A DNA stretch of 64,000 bases from the human T2T-CHM13v2.0 reference genome, Homo sapiens. Within the stretch, counting starts at the first letter, position 1, and each line of letters opens with the position of its first letter. The notes under the pieces are model-generated. The model did no database searches. It was not told the origin of the DNA and was given only the letters and a program-made list of their open reading frames with translations. Below, in pieces: positions 1-15,635 of this stretch. Both the position numbers and the translations under genes were made by a program. The stretch lies in assembly GCF_009914755.1 (NCBI RefSeq), contig NC_060929.1; one strand, 5' to 3'.

Positions 1-1296
1 GTTACGTATGTATACATGTGCCATGCTGGTGTGCTGCACCCGTCAACTCATCGTTTACATTAGGTATCTCTCCTAATGCTATCCCTCCCCCCTCCCCCCA
101 CCCCACAACAGGCCCTGGTGTGTGATGTTCCCCTTCCTGTGTCCATGTGCTCCCATTGTTCAATTCCCACCTATGAGTGAGAACATGTGGTGTTTGGTTT
201 TTTGTCCTCGTGATAGTTTGCTGAGAATGATGGTTTCCAGCTTCATCCATGTCCCTACAAAGGACATGAACTCATCATTTTTTATGGCTGCATAGTATTC
301 CAGGGTGTATATGTGCCACATTTTCCTAATCCAGTCTATCATTGTTGGACATTTGGGTTGGTTCCAAGTCTTTGCTATTGTGAATAGTGCTGCAGTAAAC
401 ATACATGTGCATGTGTCTTTATAGCAGCATGATTTATAATCCTTTGGGTATATACCCAGTAATGGGATTGCTGGGTCAAATGGTATTTCTAGTTCTAGAT
501 CCCTGAGGAATCGCCACACTGACTTCCACAATGGCTGAACTAGTTTACAGTCCCATCAACAGTGTAAAAGTGTTCCTATTTCTCCACATCCTCTCCAGCA
601 CCTGTTGTTTCCTGACTTTTTAATGATTGCCATTCTAACTGGTGTGAGATGGCATCTCATTGTGGTTTTGATTTGCAGTTCTCTGATGGCCAGTGATGAT
701 GTGCATTTTTTCATGTGTCTTTTGGCTGCATAAATATCTTCTTTTGAGAAGTGTCTGTTCATATCCTTTGCCCACTTGTTGATGGGGTTGTTTGTTTTTT
801 TTCTTGTAAATTTGTTTGAGTTCATTGTAGATTCTGGATATTAGCCCTTTGTCAGATGAGTAGATTGCAAAAATATTCTCCCATTCTGTAGGTTGCCTGT
901 TCACTCTGATGGTAGTTTCTTTTGCTGAGCAGAAGCTCTTTAGTTTAATTAGATCCCACTTGTCAATTCTGGCTTTTGTTGCCATTGCTTTTGGTGGTTT
1001 AGACATGAAGTCCTTGCCCATGCCTATGTCCTGAATGGTATTGCCTAGATTTTCTTCTAGGGTTTTTATGGTTTTAGGTCTAACATTTAAGTCTTTAATC
1101 CATCTTGAATTAATTTTATATGAGGTGTAAGGAAGGGATCCAGTTTCAGCTTTCTACACATGGCTAGCCAGTTTTCCCAGCACCATTTATTAAATAGGGA
1201 ATCCTTTCCCCATTTCTTGTTTTTGTCTGGTTTGTCAAAGATCAGATAGTTGTAGATATGTGGCATTATTTCTGAGGGCTCTGTTCCATTGGTCTA
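1..1296 (-). mobile_element. L1PA-type LINE-1 3' end (ORF2 C-terminus and 3' UTR), 5'-truncated; poly(A) end lies outside the window
   Basis: Minus-strand ORFs 160-531, 556-825 and 635-1021 translate to L1 ORF2p C-terminal peptides (e.g. [29 protein letters not shown]), broken into several frames. Confidence 0.97.
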
Positions 1297-1434
1297 GAAT
1301 CAACAATTCCAATGACGCATTTCTAATATACTGCTTTCCATAATCAACAGAACAAACAACAAAACCTAGTGGAGTCGCAGAAATTTGGAAAACACAGTTT
1401 AAAACACTTGATTTTATGCCATATAAAAACATGG

Positions 1435-1690
1435 ATTCAACAATTGCAGAATGTGCATTCTTTCAAAATACACATGGAACATTTTCAAAAAATTTGACAC
1501 TGTACTGGACCAAGAATAATTCTGAACCAACTCCAAAGGATAGAAGTCATATAGAGCATGTTTTTTGACACAAAGCCATTAAGCAAGAAATCAAGTATAT
1601 ATAAGCATGTTTTTAAAAAATACTATTGAAATGATGGAATGTTCTAAAGAAATTAAAGAGGTGATTAAAATAAAAGAGAATAAGGCGGCT
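1435..1690 (+). mobile_element. Old L1M ORF2 (endonuclease region) fragment
   Basis: CAGAATGTGCATTCTTT...CACATGGAACATTTTCAAAAA resembles L1 ORF2 5' part; degenerate. Confidence 0.65.
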
Positions 1691-1987
1691 GTCTAGACAT
1701 TGCTGATATTCAGTGGTACCCATCTGCTAATTTTGCTTGGCATCTGTTCAAATTATTCAGTGCATTCTTACTGCCTGCTCAGGATCTGGGTCAGGCTGGT
1801 TGCTAATACTCTGAATATTACACCATCTTTACAAACTAACATGGGGGAAAATCCTTTTGGGCATGGCAGAAGGTTGGATAAAAAATAGCCACTTTGCAAA
1901 ACCCATGCCTGGAATGATTCTATTTTGTCAAAAAAAGGAGTATATGTATTCTTAAAACTAATGGTGAACATTATTTAATTGTACAAA

Positions 1988-2150
1988 GTGAGTATCTTAT
2001 TTAATCTTCAAAATATCCCTGAGAAGTAGGTTTTATAATTATTTCCATTTTATAGATGAGAAAACTGAAGCTTAGAGAGGCTTAAAGAACTTGGCCAAAT
2101 TACGTAGCTAGAAAATAATGGAGTTGCCAGTCACACTGTGCTTTCTGCCC
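1988..2150 (-). mobile_element. MIR SINE
   Basis: Core CCATTTTATAGATGAGAAAACTGAAGCTTAGAGAGG. Confidence 0.85.
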
Positions 2151-3249
2151 TTCCAAATATTAATTTTAATTGTGCTATTGCTTGGAAGGACGAAGAAGAA
2201 GCTGGAGAGTGTTTGGCACTGGTAAGTCTAATTGGAAGCCCCTGGGGGTGGGTATAGGATAAATGTTGAGGAAGCATTGTTCTTTCCACTGTCACTCTGG
2301 ATTCGATGTACTTTTTGATTATTTAAAGTTTATTTTTTCAAGGAGTACGTTGTGATTTTTTTCAGAGGAAAATTGACAAACCAAACTAAGTAGCAGTAAT
2401 TCATCCTACTACCAACAGCCTGTACTTGTGACGTCTCCAGTGGAGAGCAGATGCCCAGGAAGGAGCTCTACCCAGCAAGCTGAGGGTTCAAGAATGCTTG
2501 TGTGGCTTTGAGAAAATAAACCCCCATCTGTATTAGAAATGCTTTGTATTTCTCCAACACCTAATCTGAGTTGTCCCAAAGGCTGAATAAACACTCCTGT
2601 ATCCTCAGAGCACCCTGTGAAGTCCCTGGTGTGGTCTAGGAGGGTGTGGAATTGAGTGGTGATAGCCCAAGATTAGCTCTCACCAGCATTTAGGGATTCT
2701 GGCCCTTGGCAGGAAACGACTTAAACTCTGTGTACCATCAACTAAAGGCATCATGATCTTTATAATAATGATTTCCAGCCTCAAATGGATGCTATTAATT
2801 AGTCTAAAGTTTTCAGGGGCTTGAGAATGCCGGATGCTAAGGACTGAATGAATGTGAAGTTTTAGCCAAATCATAGAGCTGGGAGCTTGGAGAAGGGAGG
2901 AGGTGAGGTGACTCGCAGCCCGTCAGTCACACGAGGAGGCTCAGGGCAGAAAGAACAGGATGGCCACTGTCCTGGGGCTGAGCTCCCTCTTCTAACCACA
3001 CCAGACCACGTAATTAGAAATTACTTCAGCACATAAACAGGTACTTTACAATGTTTTTTTGACAACGGGCAGCACGCTTCTCCTTTCCACTGCCAGAGGG
3101 GAACCAGCGTTGGCTTCCCATGGGCCCACCTCCTCTTCAGCCCAGCCCCGTCTTCCCCTACAGAGAAAGCAGCAGACACAGTCACACGGGAACATCTGCT
3201 CTAAATGTGGGCCCCTTCCAGGGGCCCTGGCTCAAGAGGAGCGGGTAAA

Positions 3250-3418
3250 ATGGCCTCCTTTAACCTAAATCACCGCGGCCACGGTGCCCTCCCCCTCCGC
3301 CCTCCCGTTCTCCCATCAACAAGTTTAAGAAAGTTCTCTTCATAGAAAGCCTCATTATTGACATGGACACCCTCACTCAGAACACCCTCACCATACACCA
3401 CTCCATCCCGCGGTGAGT
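3250..3418 (+). promoter_or_regulatory. Locally GC/CpG-enriched unique segment with GC-box-like tract and a consensus splice donor; candidate promoter or first exon
   Basis: CACCGCGGCCACGG and CCCCTCCGCCCTCCCG (about 3271-3307); GCG|GTGAGT with GT at 3413. Confidence 0.3.
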
Positions 3419-3899
3419 GATAACAACTCTGTTTGTGTTTAATTAGCTCTTGGTTTATGGGGCAGTTTGAGTTTAGGGTGTGGCTGTTTTAGTTGGTTAT
3501 GCAGTTGACAGAAATACATGTGTATTGATGTGGGTCCTCTCTGTATGCCCTCCCCCAGGCTCTGGTCTGAAAGCTCAACAGGCCCTCACTGCACTCCCAA
3601 TGGAGGCAAATTGTTGCAACTTCTATGGTTCAATTTTATTCCATAAAGCTGGAATGGTAACGCGTGTTCTCGGTCTCTCCATATCTGGCCAGGTGAGGGC
3701 CCATCTTGCTTATCACGAAGTAGAACTATTGATTGAAGCATAGTGGCTGCTCGGTTTCACAGGGCTGGAGGACAGCACAGCTTTAGAAACTACTCCCCAG
3801 GCAGCTGGCTGTGTGCCCTGACCCTAAGTGTCATCTGTTTATTTCTCTTATTTTTAAAATCATGTCCCTCATAGGATCCATGTCATGACTTATATTCAC

Positions 3900-4080
3900 A
3901 AAAACATCTAAAATAGAAGCATGATTATAAAGCGGTGGATTATTTTTTGAAACAAACATTACAGAATGTACTCATCTAAATGTGTGTTGTCCCTTTCAAA
4001 GTAATCACTTTTGAAAGTTGTACACATATTCCCCAAATGGCAAGATTATGTAACATATTTCAGAAATTCTTTGAAATTAT
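3900..4080. mobile_element. Probable MARNA-like mariner fossil
   Basis: GTTGTCCCTTTCAAAGTAATCACTTTTGAAAG resembles the recalled MARNA consensus; similar tract near 22190. Confidence 0.4.
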
Positions 4081-4374
4081 TAAATATGTATGAGGCATCA
4101 TATGTAAAGACAAAGCAAAATCACAATTTTTTAAATTTAAAAATAATACATGTTCATACTGAAATTTTAATTTTTGTCTTGTTCTTATTGTTTTCTGAAT
4201 TCATAATTAGAATCCTAAAACCCAGAGACAGGCATTTTTAATGTGTTTTATATATATGGGGATATATATTTATAATTTCCAGTCTTTTTTCCTGAGTTTC
4301 GTCCTACTGAATAGACTCAGAAGTGAGAAATCTTTGTCCTCTGAATGTAATTTCAAGCTTTGGAAACTAATTCC

Positions 4375-4470
4375 ATTTTGTTGAGTTCAGCAAATATTTA
4401 TTGACTGTCTCTACATGCAAGGAGCTGACTAAGTGGAATAAAAAGATTAACAAGATGTATTCATATTGAC
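4375..4470 (-). mobile_element. L2 3' end fragment
   Basis: TTCAGCAAATATTTATTGA motif. Confidence 0.6.
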
Positions 4471-4733
4471 TTTTTAAAGAGGCCATTAACTGGTTCAGAA
4501 GGAGATGCCAAATAGAATTATAGAAAATATTCTGAACAATTGCAACATCATTGGAATAGGTGTGTAGTCTCCCAAGAGGACAAATTGAGGGGACAAATTA
4601 CACAGTACACATAGTTGTGCAATTCCTGGAATGTTACAAAATGAACGTGGTCCACATCATGTGCTGAATAAAACTATTGCAGCCACCACAGCTCGGAACT
4701 AAAACTAGCCTAATGCAATGGTAAAAAATAGGT

Positions 4734-4865
4734 AAGGTGACGCTGCTCCCAGTTTGTCTGGGACAGTCCTGCTTTATGCCTGTCATCTTGATAAAATTAG
4801 TAACATTGCCCCCTTTCCTCTCCGAAGAGGACTGGCCAGGAGGACCAATTCATGATCTCCTTAAT
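4734..4865 (+). mobile_element. MER94-like hAT-Blackjack DNA transposon
   Basis: CCCAGTTTGTCTGGGACAGTCCTGCTTTATGCCTGTC...GCCCCCTTTC, about 130 bp. Confidence 0.7.
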
Positions 4866-5149
4866 AACAGAGACAATTGATGTTGGTACCTTCCCCCATG
4901 CCTCCGAGTCTGTAAGAGCAACACTTTAGTTAGTCACATGCTCTAGTTTCCTAAAAATACAATGAGCCAATAAACAATGAGATGATGTCTAATCTTAGCT
5001 TTTTATCAAGAAGACACAGGTTGAAACAAGTTGTTACCAATAATTAAAGTCAGTAAGAGTGTAGTAGGTGGATTCTACTACACTCTTGAGTGTGAGAAGA
5101 AGAATTTGTTAAGATCCCTAATGGTAATTTTATTATAGATTTCATATTA

Positions 5150-5335
5150 TCTGAAGGTGAAGATTGTGGATTTTGAGCCAGGCTGCCCAAGAATGAATCC
5201 TAGCTGCACCACTTACCAGCAGTATGATCCTGGGAAATTATCTACCCTCTTGGTGCCCCAGCTTTCTCATCAGTAAAATGGAGATAATAATCATATTTAT
5301 CTCATGGGATGGCTTTAAAGATTAAATGATGTTTA
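5150..5335 (+). mobile_element. MIR SINE
   Basis: CAGCTTTCTCATCAGTAAAATGGAGATAATAAT...GATTAAATGA. Confidence 0.85.
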
Positions 5336-5775
5336 CATCCTATTACATCCAACATACATACAACTGAGCTCACTCCTGATGAATGGAATGATCTAGGAAG
5401 CGAAACTGAAACGCAGCGAAATTATCCATGTATTCAATCCTTTGACAAATGAGTTGGAGGACAAATAACAAATCAAGCACTATTCTAGACATGGTGATAT
5501 CATAACAAGAGAATGACAGATAGGTTTCCTGTCCTCTTCTTGCCTGGAGGGCAGGAAAAATATTAAACACCTAATTATAGCTAAAGTATGATGAGTGGTA
5601 AGGTAGCACCATGCATGAGGGAGCCCCAGCTGAGCACAGGAGGTGGGGAAAGCCCCCTGTTGAAGTGACACATGGGTTTTAATGGGAAGGTGTAAGGAAA
5701 GCGCAGTCTGATGAAAATATCTTATACCTCAGCCAATCCTAGTTTGTTAAATAAAGTCAAGTTACTGTGAAGATT

Positions 5776-6540
<765 letters not shown>

Positions 6541-8678
6541 TGTGAAGATTCTTAATACAATGCTCCTATACACTAATACACAGTATGGTCATCAGTTCAG
6601 GCTGGAGCATGAGATAGGCGCCTAACACATTGGTGCTTGCTCATTTGATTTTCAAAGTTTAAGGATTTTTCCTAGTGCAGAAGCCCAGACTGCTAAACCT
6701 TTGTCTAAAAGTGTGATCTCTTACATGGTCTTTCAGCAGTTGAGTTGTAAGAAGTGGCATTCTTGGAGGGTTATCCAAGACATTGAGTCTGTTCCCTTCT
6801 CTAAGCACCCTACATTTTCCCCTGGGACTAACTGCATTTCCAGACACTTTCAGAACTGGTCTGAACACTTTGAAATATCACACATTTTCAAAGTTGTTCT
6901 TTAGTTCTATACCATCGAAAATTGCCATCTGAAACCCACTTCTTAATTTGTTGTGACTATACTGATGGTTCAGTCGTTAAATAGTTCTGTGTCTCCTATG
7001 TGAAGTCCATGTATAATTTTATTTAGAATTTAGGGTATAGTTTTATCTCACTTCTAGATACTGGTGTACTTCTGCCTCCCTGATGAGGTCTTGGCTGCCA
7101 GGTCTTGGCTGGTCTTGGCTGCCAGGGAGGTCATAATTAAATGAGAGGCCCAGTCACAACAACCACATTGACTAGCAGGCACCTTTTCTCTTTGGCCCTG
7201 ATTTTCTGTCTTATAAATTTATCATATATTTTGATAAAAGCTACCCCAATTTTTTGTGACAAAATGATGGGTATAAATAAACTAAGTATATAATATGTCA
7301 TTTCCATAAATCATTACATATAAATAGACTAAGTATTAATATATTATTGAACAGTTTTAGTTACCATTAAAAATCTGGTAAAGCATAAATCAATGACAGA
7401 GAATGGAACTCAATAATTTTAGCTATAGTTGAGGTATAGGGAATGTTAGAAGCCCATTAAATCTGCCAGTTTGTACCCCAAACCCAGAGGTCCTAATAGC
7501 AAATTTTGTAGGTGCCCCGCAGAGAATGTTGACCTCTACCTATAGCTTGGAAACTCTGCTGTCCTAGAAGGAGATGGGAAAGGTCCCAAACCGAGGAAAG
7601 CTGAACAAGCATTATTACTCACTTCCATACACAGTATGTTCTCAGAGCTCAAAACTTAAAAATAGACCCTGGTAAAAGGCAGAATCCTTAAAGCATGCTG
7701 CATCTTGACTCCTCATGTCTTGTGCCTTTCATCTAATCTATTTAGACACAAGTAGAAATAAAATGAACAGCGTAAGAGTATGTGAAGCATAGAGATATTG
7801 TTAGGCTTTAGCAAAAGGGCAGAGCCAAAGTGAATGACAGAGTGGGGAGGACTTAGAACTCTCAGGATTCAGGATCATCTTGAGGGTTGTTTAGGAATCC
7901 ATCTGTAGAAAGGAGAAAGGAAAGAAGGAGAATTACATTTGCCAAACATCTGCTGTCTTCCAGGCACTGTACTAAGTGCTTTTACATATGCCTTTCTTTT
8001 AATTATCACAAGATTTTTCTCTTTAAGATAAGCAATGGTATTCACATGCTTTCTCTTTAAGGAATGGGAAGGCTTACCCTATCCTTTTTTTTTCCCTGTT
8101 GGAAAATAATAATATGAATCATAGGTTTCAAGCATTTTTGTTTCTTAATCTATTTTTAATTAGTATTTTTCAATAAAGTTAAGAAATTAATTCTTCTCAA
8201 TGTTAATTAAGATTATGTGCTTCTGGGGATAATATTGACAGTTTAGTTAAAAATAAAAGCTCTTCAATCAATCTTAGAGATGTTGACTCTAGCAAATCAA
8301 GTTCTAAGGATTGGGTGCAATTTCAAAAGCATGAAAAATAAAATAAGGGCAAGGATTGGATCAATTGAGACCACATTTTATCAAATACAAAACATGGCTT
8401 ATGGTGTGACACTGGCAATCACATTAAGTCACATAGGCATATTAGTTACTACTCCTTTTTCTAGTCCCTCTATTATACATTATCTATCTATCTGATCATG
8501 AATAACAAAATGATATGTTTTTTCCTCCTGAAATTTACCATATGGAAAAGCATGTATTAAGGTGAAAAGGATTTTATACCTCTTTCACCAAAATTCCAAG
8601 TGTCATTCTGTAGTTGTTTGTTTTTAAAGATGTGAAAACTTGTAACTTGTTTATAGTACATGCCAGGCAAATAGACCC

Positions 8679-9286
<608 letters not shown>

Positions 9287-9589
9287 ATACTTTTTATAGT
9301 CACAGAAATGCAGAAATTATAAAACCTCAGAAAAAGAAAGGTGGCTGAAGATGATCTTGCTCAAACTCTTTATTTTATAGGTGAAGAAATGGAAGCCAAA
9401 AAAAGCTGAAGGAGACTGTTAAAAAAAAAAAAAGCACTGAGATTCCAGAGTTCCTCTCACCACATCATAGTCAAGATGTTGTTTTGAGTGTCATTTTGGC
9501 AAAAACCATACATACACCAGCAAATTTTGTAGGTGCCCCGTAGAGAATGCGCTTACTTATTTTCTTGGTTACATGGGATTGTAAAGCTT

Positions 9590-9760
9590 GAAATTCTTTC
9601 AGAGATCATCGAAGTCCAAACTGTTTATATAGAAATGAGAACAGGAAGGTCCTAAGAGGTGAAATGTCCAGTCACATAGCTAATGAGTGGTAGGCTTGAA
9701 ACTGGAATCCAACTTTCTTAACTCCCAGGCCAAATATTCTCCATTCCACCACTGCTATCT
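9590..9760 (-). mobile_element. MIR-family fragment (another near 9350-9450)
   Basis: AGAGATCATC...AGAGGTGAAATG...GTCACATAGCTAATGAGTGG. Confidence 0.6.
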
Positions 9761-10425
9761 AAGTAAGACAGGGAGGTCAGTGAGGCTGTTCCAAAGCACA
9801 AAATACTGTTATGTAAGGAATTGAAAAGGTGTTACTTCAACATTATGAACTTAGCACAGAAGCCTGCAGCAACTAGGGATTAGCAGGACTAATTCTACTT
9901 ATTATTTATCAGCCCAGCATTGGAGCTCCTCTGGCAATGTGCAGCTCTGCATTAGCTTTCTGCTTTATAGCATAGTTACCTTGGGGAAAGCTGGACTTCA
10001 AGGTCAAATAACTTTCCTCAAGGTTATATATTCAGTCATCAGCTCAAACAAGTCGAAACTCAAGGTGCTCTTGGTTAAGTCCAACCCAGGACAAAATAGT
10101 AGAGCAGAAAATGTTCCATTTTCAGTATATCCTATTTTTTCCTCTATGTCTTCTCTTTCTGTTATTTTAACATGTGAGTGCTGGGACACATGGAACATGG
10201 ATATACATAAGAAAAGAGAACCAGGAACTGGGAGTCTAAGGTGTCAGTAGCAGTTAGGTCAATAGTGAGAAGCCAAGACATACACGTGAGTTTGTAGCTA
10301 GTTTAAAAGATGGAGTCAGAGGCTAGCTAGGTATTCATGCAAATACATGAGCAAGGAATAGAAGAAAAGGTCCAGGTAGATATTCAGAAAGCAAAAACCA
10401 ATAAGGATTAAAGAGGCAAAATCAA

Positions 10426-10705
<280 letters not shown>

Positions 10706-10819
10706 GAAGAGACAAAACAAGATAAACTCAGATAAGTAAACAGCGAAGTATCACATTGTATATCATAAACATATACAATTTTTATTTGCCAATTATATCT
10801 TAATAAAGCTGGGGGGATA

Positions 10820-11322
10820 CAAGAAAATATATGTCCACACAAAAACTTGTGTACAAATTTTCATAGCAGCATTATTCATGATGGCCAAAAAATGGAAACA
10901 ACCCAGATTTCCAGCAACTGATGAAAGGAAGAATAGGGTATATCCATACAGTAAAGTATTTGGCAATAAAAAGGGAAGAAATGCTGGTACCTGCAGTAAC
11001 ATGGACAGATCTTGAAAATATTATGCTGAGCGCAAGAACACAGTCACAAAAGGTTACATAATATACTATTCCATTTGTATGAAATGTGAAGAATAGGCAC
11101 ATTTATAGACACAGAAAGTAGATTAGTGGTTTCTAGGTACTGGGGTAGGAGTGGGGGAGTGACTGCTAATGGCTATGCAGTTTCTTCTTGGGATGACGAA
11201 AATCTTCTGAATTAGATAATGGTGATAGTTGCACAACTCTGCTAATATCTAAAAACTGATGAATTGTGTACTTTAAAAGGGTGAATTTCATGGTATATGC
11301 AGTATATCTCAATAAGGCTATA
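10820..11322 (+). mobile_element. L1MB-type 3' end (a second short L1 tail at about 10740-10812)
   Basis: ATGTCCACACAAAAACTTG...GACACAGAAAGTAGATTAGTGGTT...ATATCTCAATAAGGCT. Confidence 0.85.
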
Positions 11323-11561
11323 AGAAGAAGAAGAAGGAGGAGGACGAGGGGGAGAAGAAGAAGAAGGAGAAGGAGAAGGGAGGAGGAGGAAGAGGAAGAG
11401 GAGGAGGAAAAGGAAGAGGCAGAAGAAAAGAAGACGAAGAGGAAGAAGAAGGAAGAAGAAGAAAGAAGAAGGAGAAGAAGGAGAAGGAGAAAAAGAAAGA
11501 AGAAGAAGAAGAAGAAAAGAAGAAGAAGAAGGAGAAGGAGAAGAAGAAGAAGAAAAAGAGA
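11322..11561 (+). repeat. About 240-bp polypurine (GAA/GGA/GGAGAA)n low-complexity tract at the L1 tail
   Basis: Directly visible; only two C interruptions seen. Confidence 0.97.
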
Positions 11562-11741
11562 TTCTCAGAAGTGACAATAACCCATTGCTTGAAACCAGGT
11601 GATTGCATGCTTTCTGTTAAGGCATAGAAGGGCCTCCTGGTGGTTAATTTGGGATTTGCAGGTAGAAGTTGGTAATACCTTTGCCTGAGATAGGGCATGT
11701 GTAGCCTGGAGAAGGCACGTCCATACACAAGGCACCCTGTC

Positions 11742-12030
11742 ACATTCAGTCATTCACTCAGTACATATTTTCTGAGTGTCTACTGCGAGTGTCAGATACA
11801 GTGCTAAGTTCTTGACTTTTAGTGACAAATTATAAATAAAGCTCTTGACCTCCTGAGGCTTCCATTGCTAGAGAAGGCAACAAATGATAAAGGAATAAAT
11901 GTAGATATTCACAAGTGCTTTGAAGTGACAGAAAAGAGATTAGCAATGGTGATGATGGTACTACTCTAGACGGGGTGGTCAGGCTTCTCTGAGGTGTCAC
12001 TTGTGCGGACATCTGAGTGAAGTGAATAAA
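11742..12030 (-). mobile_element. L2 fragment
   Basis: CATTCAGTCATTCACTCAGTACATATTTTCTGAGTG and GGTGGTCAGGCTTCTCTGAGG. Confidence 0.7.
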
Positions 12031-12468
12031 AGGTCCCTCAAGTGGTTTCTCCCAAGGCACTAATACTGCCCATCTTGTCCACCTACTTTGCACATCAGAA
12101 CACTTCTAGCCCATTGTTAGTTATTTTACCTGCTGGAAAGCCCTGCTTTCTAATCTTTAGGATGATGAACAACTAAACTAACTGGCTCTTCTATTTGAAG
12201 AGACCCATGGTACCCTTCAAACCACTCACTTTGGTAGTGGTATATGCTTCTTGGTACTTTCCTTCTCTATAGATCATTGGATCATATTGATCACTTAGAG
12301 GGAGCAAGTGATGTTTAAGTCAAAGCTAAGACCGGAAGACCGAAGAGCTAAAGAATAGGGAGGTAACTACAGCAAAGTCTGCTGGGATTCAGTAAATCTG
12401 AGGCAGGCTGTTTCCCAATCTTTATATTGCTCCCTCTGCTCTCACTGCCAAGGAAAGAGGAAAAGAAC

Positions 12469-12995
12469 TGTATTAGTTGGGATCTAACCAGAAAACCAGA
12501 AACACCAAAACTACCTTCAGCATCTAAAACAGGGATTCTGATGAAGGGAACTAGTTACACAAGTGATGGAGAAGTAGAGAGCCAAACCAGGCTGCATAAG
12601 CTTCAGTGAGTGAACCCCGAGGCCAGGCATTATCATCCGTCAGCTGGAAGGAAGTGGCACTCACCATGCCTAAGGGACTGAGACCACTTGACCAAAGCTG
12701 GAATTGTCGTGGGTCTGTCTGCTAGAAGGGACGTAAAGAAAATGTAGCTGCTACCAGAGCAACCACTAAAGGCTGGGGGCAGGAAAAGGGGAATAAAATA
12801 CCTTGGGTTGTCCCTATAACCCCTGCCTTCTAATTCCCACAAATATTTCCCATGGGTGAAACCCAGCCAGAAGCCAGGCAATATGGGAGTATGGGGAAAG
12901 TAGCCTGCAGGAGGCTATGCCCTTTGTGATAGAAAGAAAAAACAGGGTAGGGGTGAGGAATAGATTTGAGGGCACATATGCCCAGGCCTATCGGA
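12469..12995 (-). mobile_element. ERVL solo LTR, LTR33/LTR41-like
   Basis: Reverse strand has CCTGGCTTCTGGCTGGGTTTCACCCATGGG and ends ...CTAATACA. Confidence 0.65.
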
Positions 12996-13014
12996 CGAGC
13001 TGTGTGTGTGTACT

Positions 13015-13255
13015 GAAATGTTCCTAAGTACTTCTCATGAGGCAAGTTCTAGGTTAGGACCTTTCACAAACATACTCTCATTTAGTCATCATAGAAGTCT
13101 TCTTTTGAAAGTAGGAATGATTATCACCCTCTTAAAGATGAAAAATCCCAGGTTCACAGGGTTTGTGGAATTTGTTCATGGTATGATACTAAGTTAAGTA
13201 CAGTGAAGTCAGGATTCAAATCCATCCCTGCCTGATTAGTAACCCTCTTCTCTTT
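13015..13255 (-). mobile_element. MIR SINE
   Basis: CTCATTTAGTCATC...GATGAAAAA...CAGGATTCAAATCCA. Confidence 0.7.
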
Positions 13256-13341
13256 CTATTGTTTTATATATATAGATATATATGAAGAAAAATATATATT
13301 TATATTTAATCTTTTTGGACAGTTTAAAAACATTTTTAAAA

Positions 13342-13837
<496 letters not shown>

Positions 13838-14333
13838 TTCATTGTATTCTTGACCCCTCAGGATATTCTTGACCCCTCAGAAGGGGGCACATCTCCTTCC
13901 TAACCACAGATTTTTCCTTTTCACCTCTCCTGTGGTGCCCAGGCAACTTTTGAATAACAGGTAGAGTCTCTGTACTCTATCCTAAGACTAGAGTACAGGA
14001 AGATATGATCTTTGATTCAAGAGAAACCTCATTTCAGATATAATTGTTGATGTTACAAAACTATATTGAAACCATCTCTCTTGAGGAGATTTACATATTA
14101 ACTGCTTTTGTTTTATCTACTGCAAAGCTAAGCAGAGATGCCTATGCCTACATTTTCAGAGACCAAGACTGAGTTTTATGCGTGGGGGGTGTTTGCTCCC
14201 GGGCAATGAGGTAAGAGACTAAAAGAGCGAGGGTGGGGCTTTCTTTCCCCAGATCTCAGGTGAAACTTCTAGGTTGACAGCAAAATCCTCCTTTCATTTA
14301 TAAATGGACTATGTTTGCTCTGGAAGCATCTGA

Positions 14334-14828
<495 letters not shown>

Positions 14829-14853
14829 CTACACATAGTAGAAGTTCTTTCTT

Positions 14854-15216
14854 CTTTTTTTTTTTGATTTATTTTATTTTAATTTAATTTTATTATGATT
14901 ATGCTTTAAGATTTAGGATACATGTGCACAATGTGCAGGTTTGTTACATATGTATACATGTGCCATGTTGGTGTGCTGCACCCATCAACTCGTCATTTAG
15001 CATTAGGTATATCTCCCAGTGCTATCCCTCCCCCCTCCCCCCACCCCACAACAGTCCCCGAAGTGTGATGTTCCCCTTCCTGTATCCATGTGTTCTCATT
15101 GTTCAATTCCCACCTATGAGTCAGAACATGCGGTGTTTGGTCTCTTGTCCTTGCGATAGTTTGCTGAGAATGATGGTTTCCAGTTTCATCCGTGTCCCTA
15201 CAAAGGACATGAACTC
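14854..15216 (-). mobile_element. L1PA 3' end, about 360 bp, with 17-bp TSD
   Basis: L1PA 3' UTR; TAGTAGAAGTTCTTTCT at 14836-14852 and 15217-15233. Confidence 0.95.
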
Positions 15217-15635
15217 TAGTAGAAGTTCTTTCTAATTGAGGATCCTAAAAAGATGCAAAGACTGACTCTCTGAATAATGTTTACCTGACAAAAAAAATGT
15301 TTGCACCATTACTTTTCCTAATTTTTCCCACCTGGTGAGATTATCCTGAATTGTGGTATAAATTTGGTCATGTTCTACCCTGGAAAAATATGAACTCTAA
15401 AGAATGTACAAATTAAATAATGATTATGTGATGTTAGGTATATATACTCTTAATTATTTAAAGAGCCATTTGGTAGCAAGTATCATTTTAGTATTTCTAA
15501 CAGGCACACTAATTTTATCCTGAGAGATATCAAAATATAATGAAGATCTGGGTGAACATGTTCATCCTCAGTTTAAGTTTAAGGTTAGATTCCACCTTTA
15601 TGTTGTATCTTAAAGCAACATTTTAGGTACCCTTG

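Noticed and set aside
2-1021. ORFs with clear protein similarity (also 5839-6096, 25561-25743, 54862-55322)
   Set aside because: Fragmented L1 ORF2 or 3' UTR translations from truncated copies, not host genes
11242-11743. Arg/Glu/Lys-rich and Ser/Phe-rich ORFs
   Set aside because: Artefacts of the stop-free GAA/GGA tract
13970-13999. 10-bp-arm hairpin CTGTACTCTA / TAGAGTACAG and palindrome TGAACATGTTCA near 15553
   Set aside because: Short enough to arise by chance in 64 kb; the latter is only a single p53-type half-site
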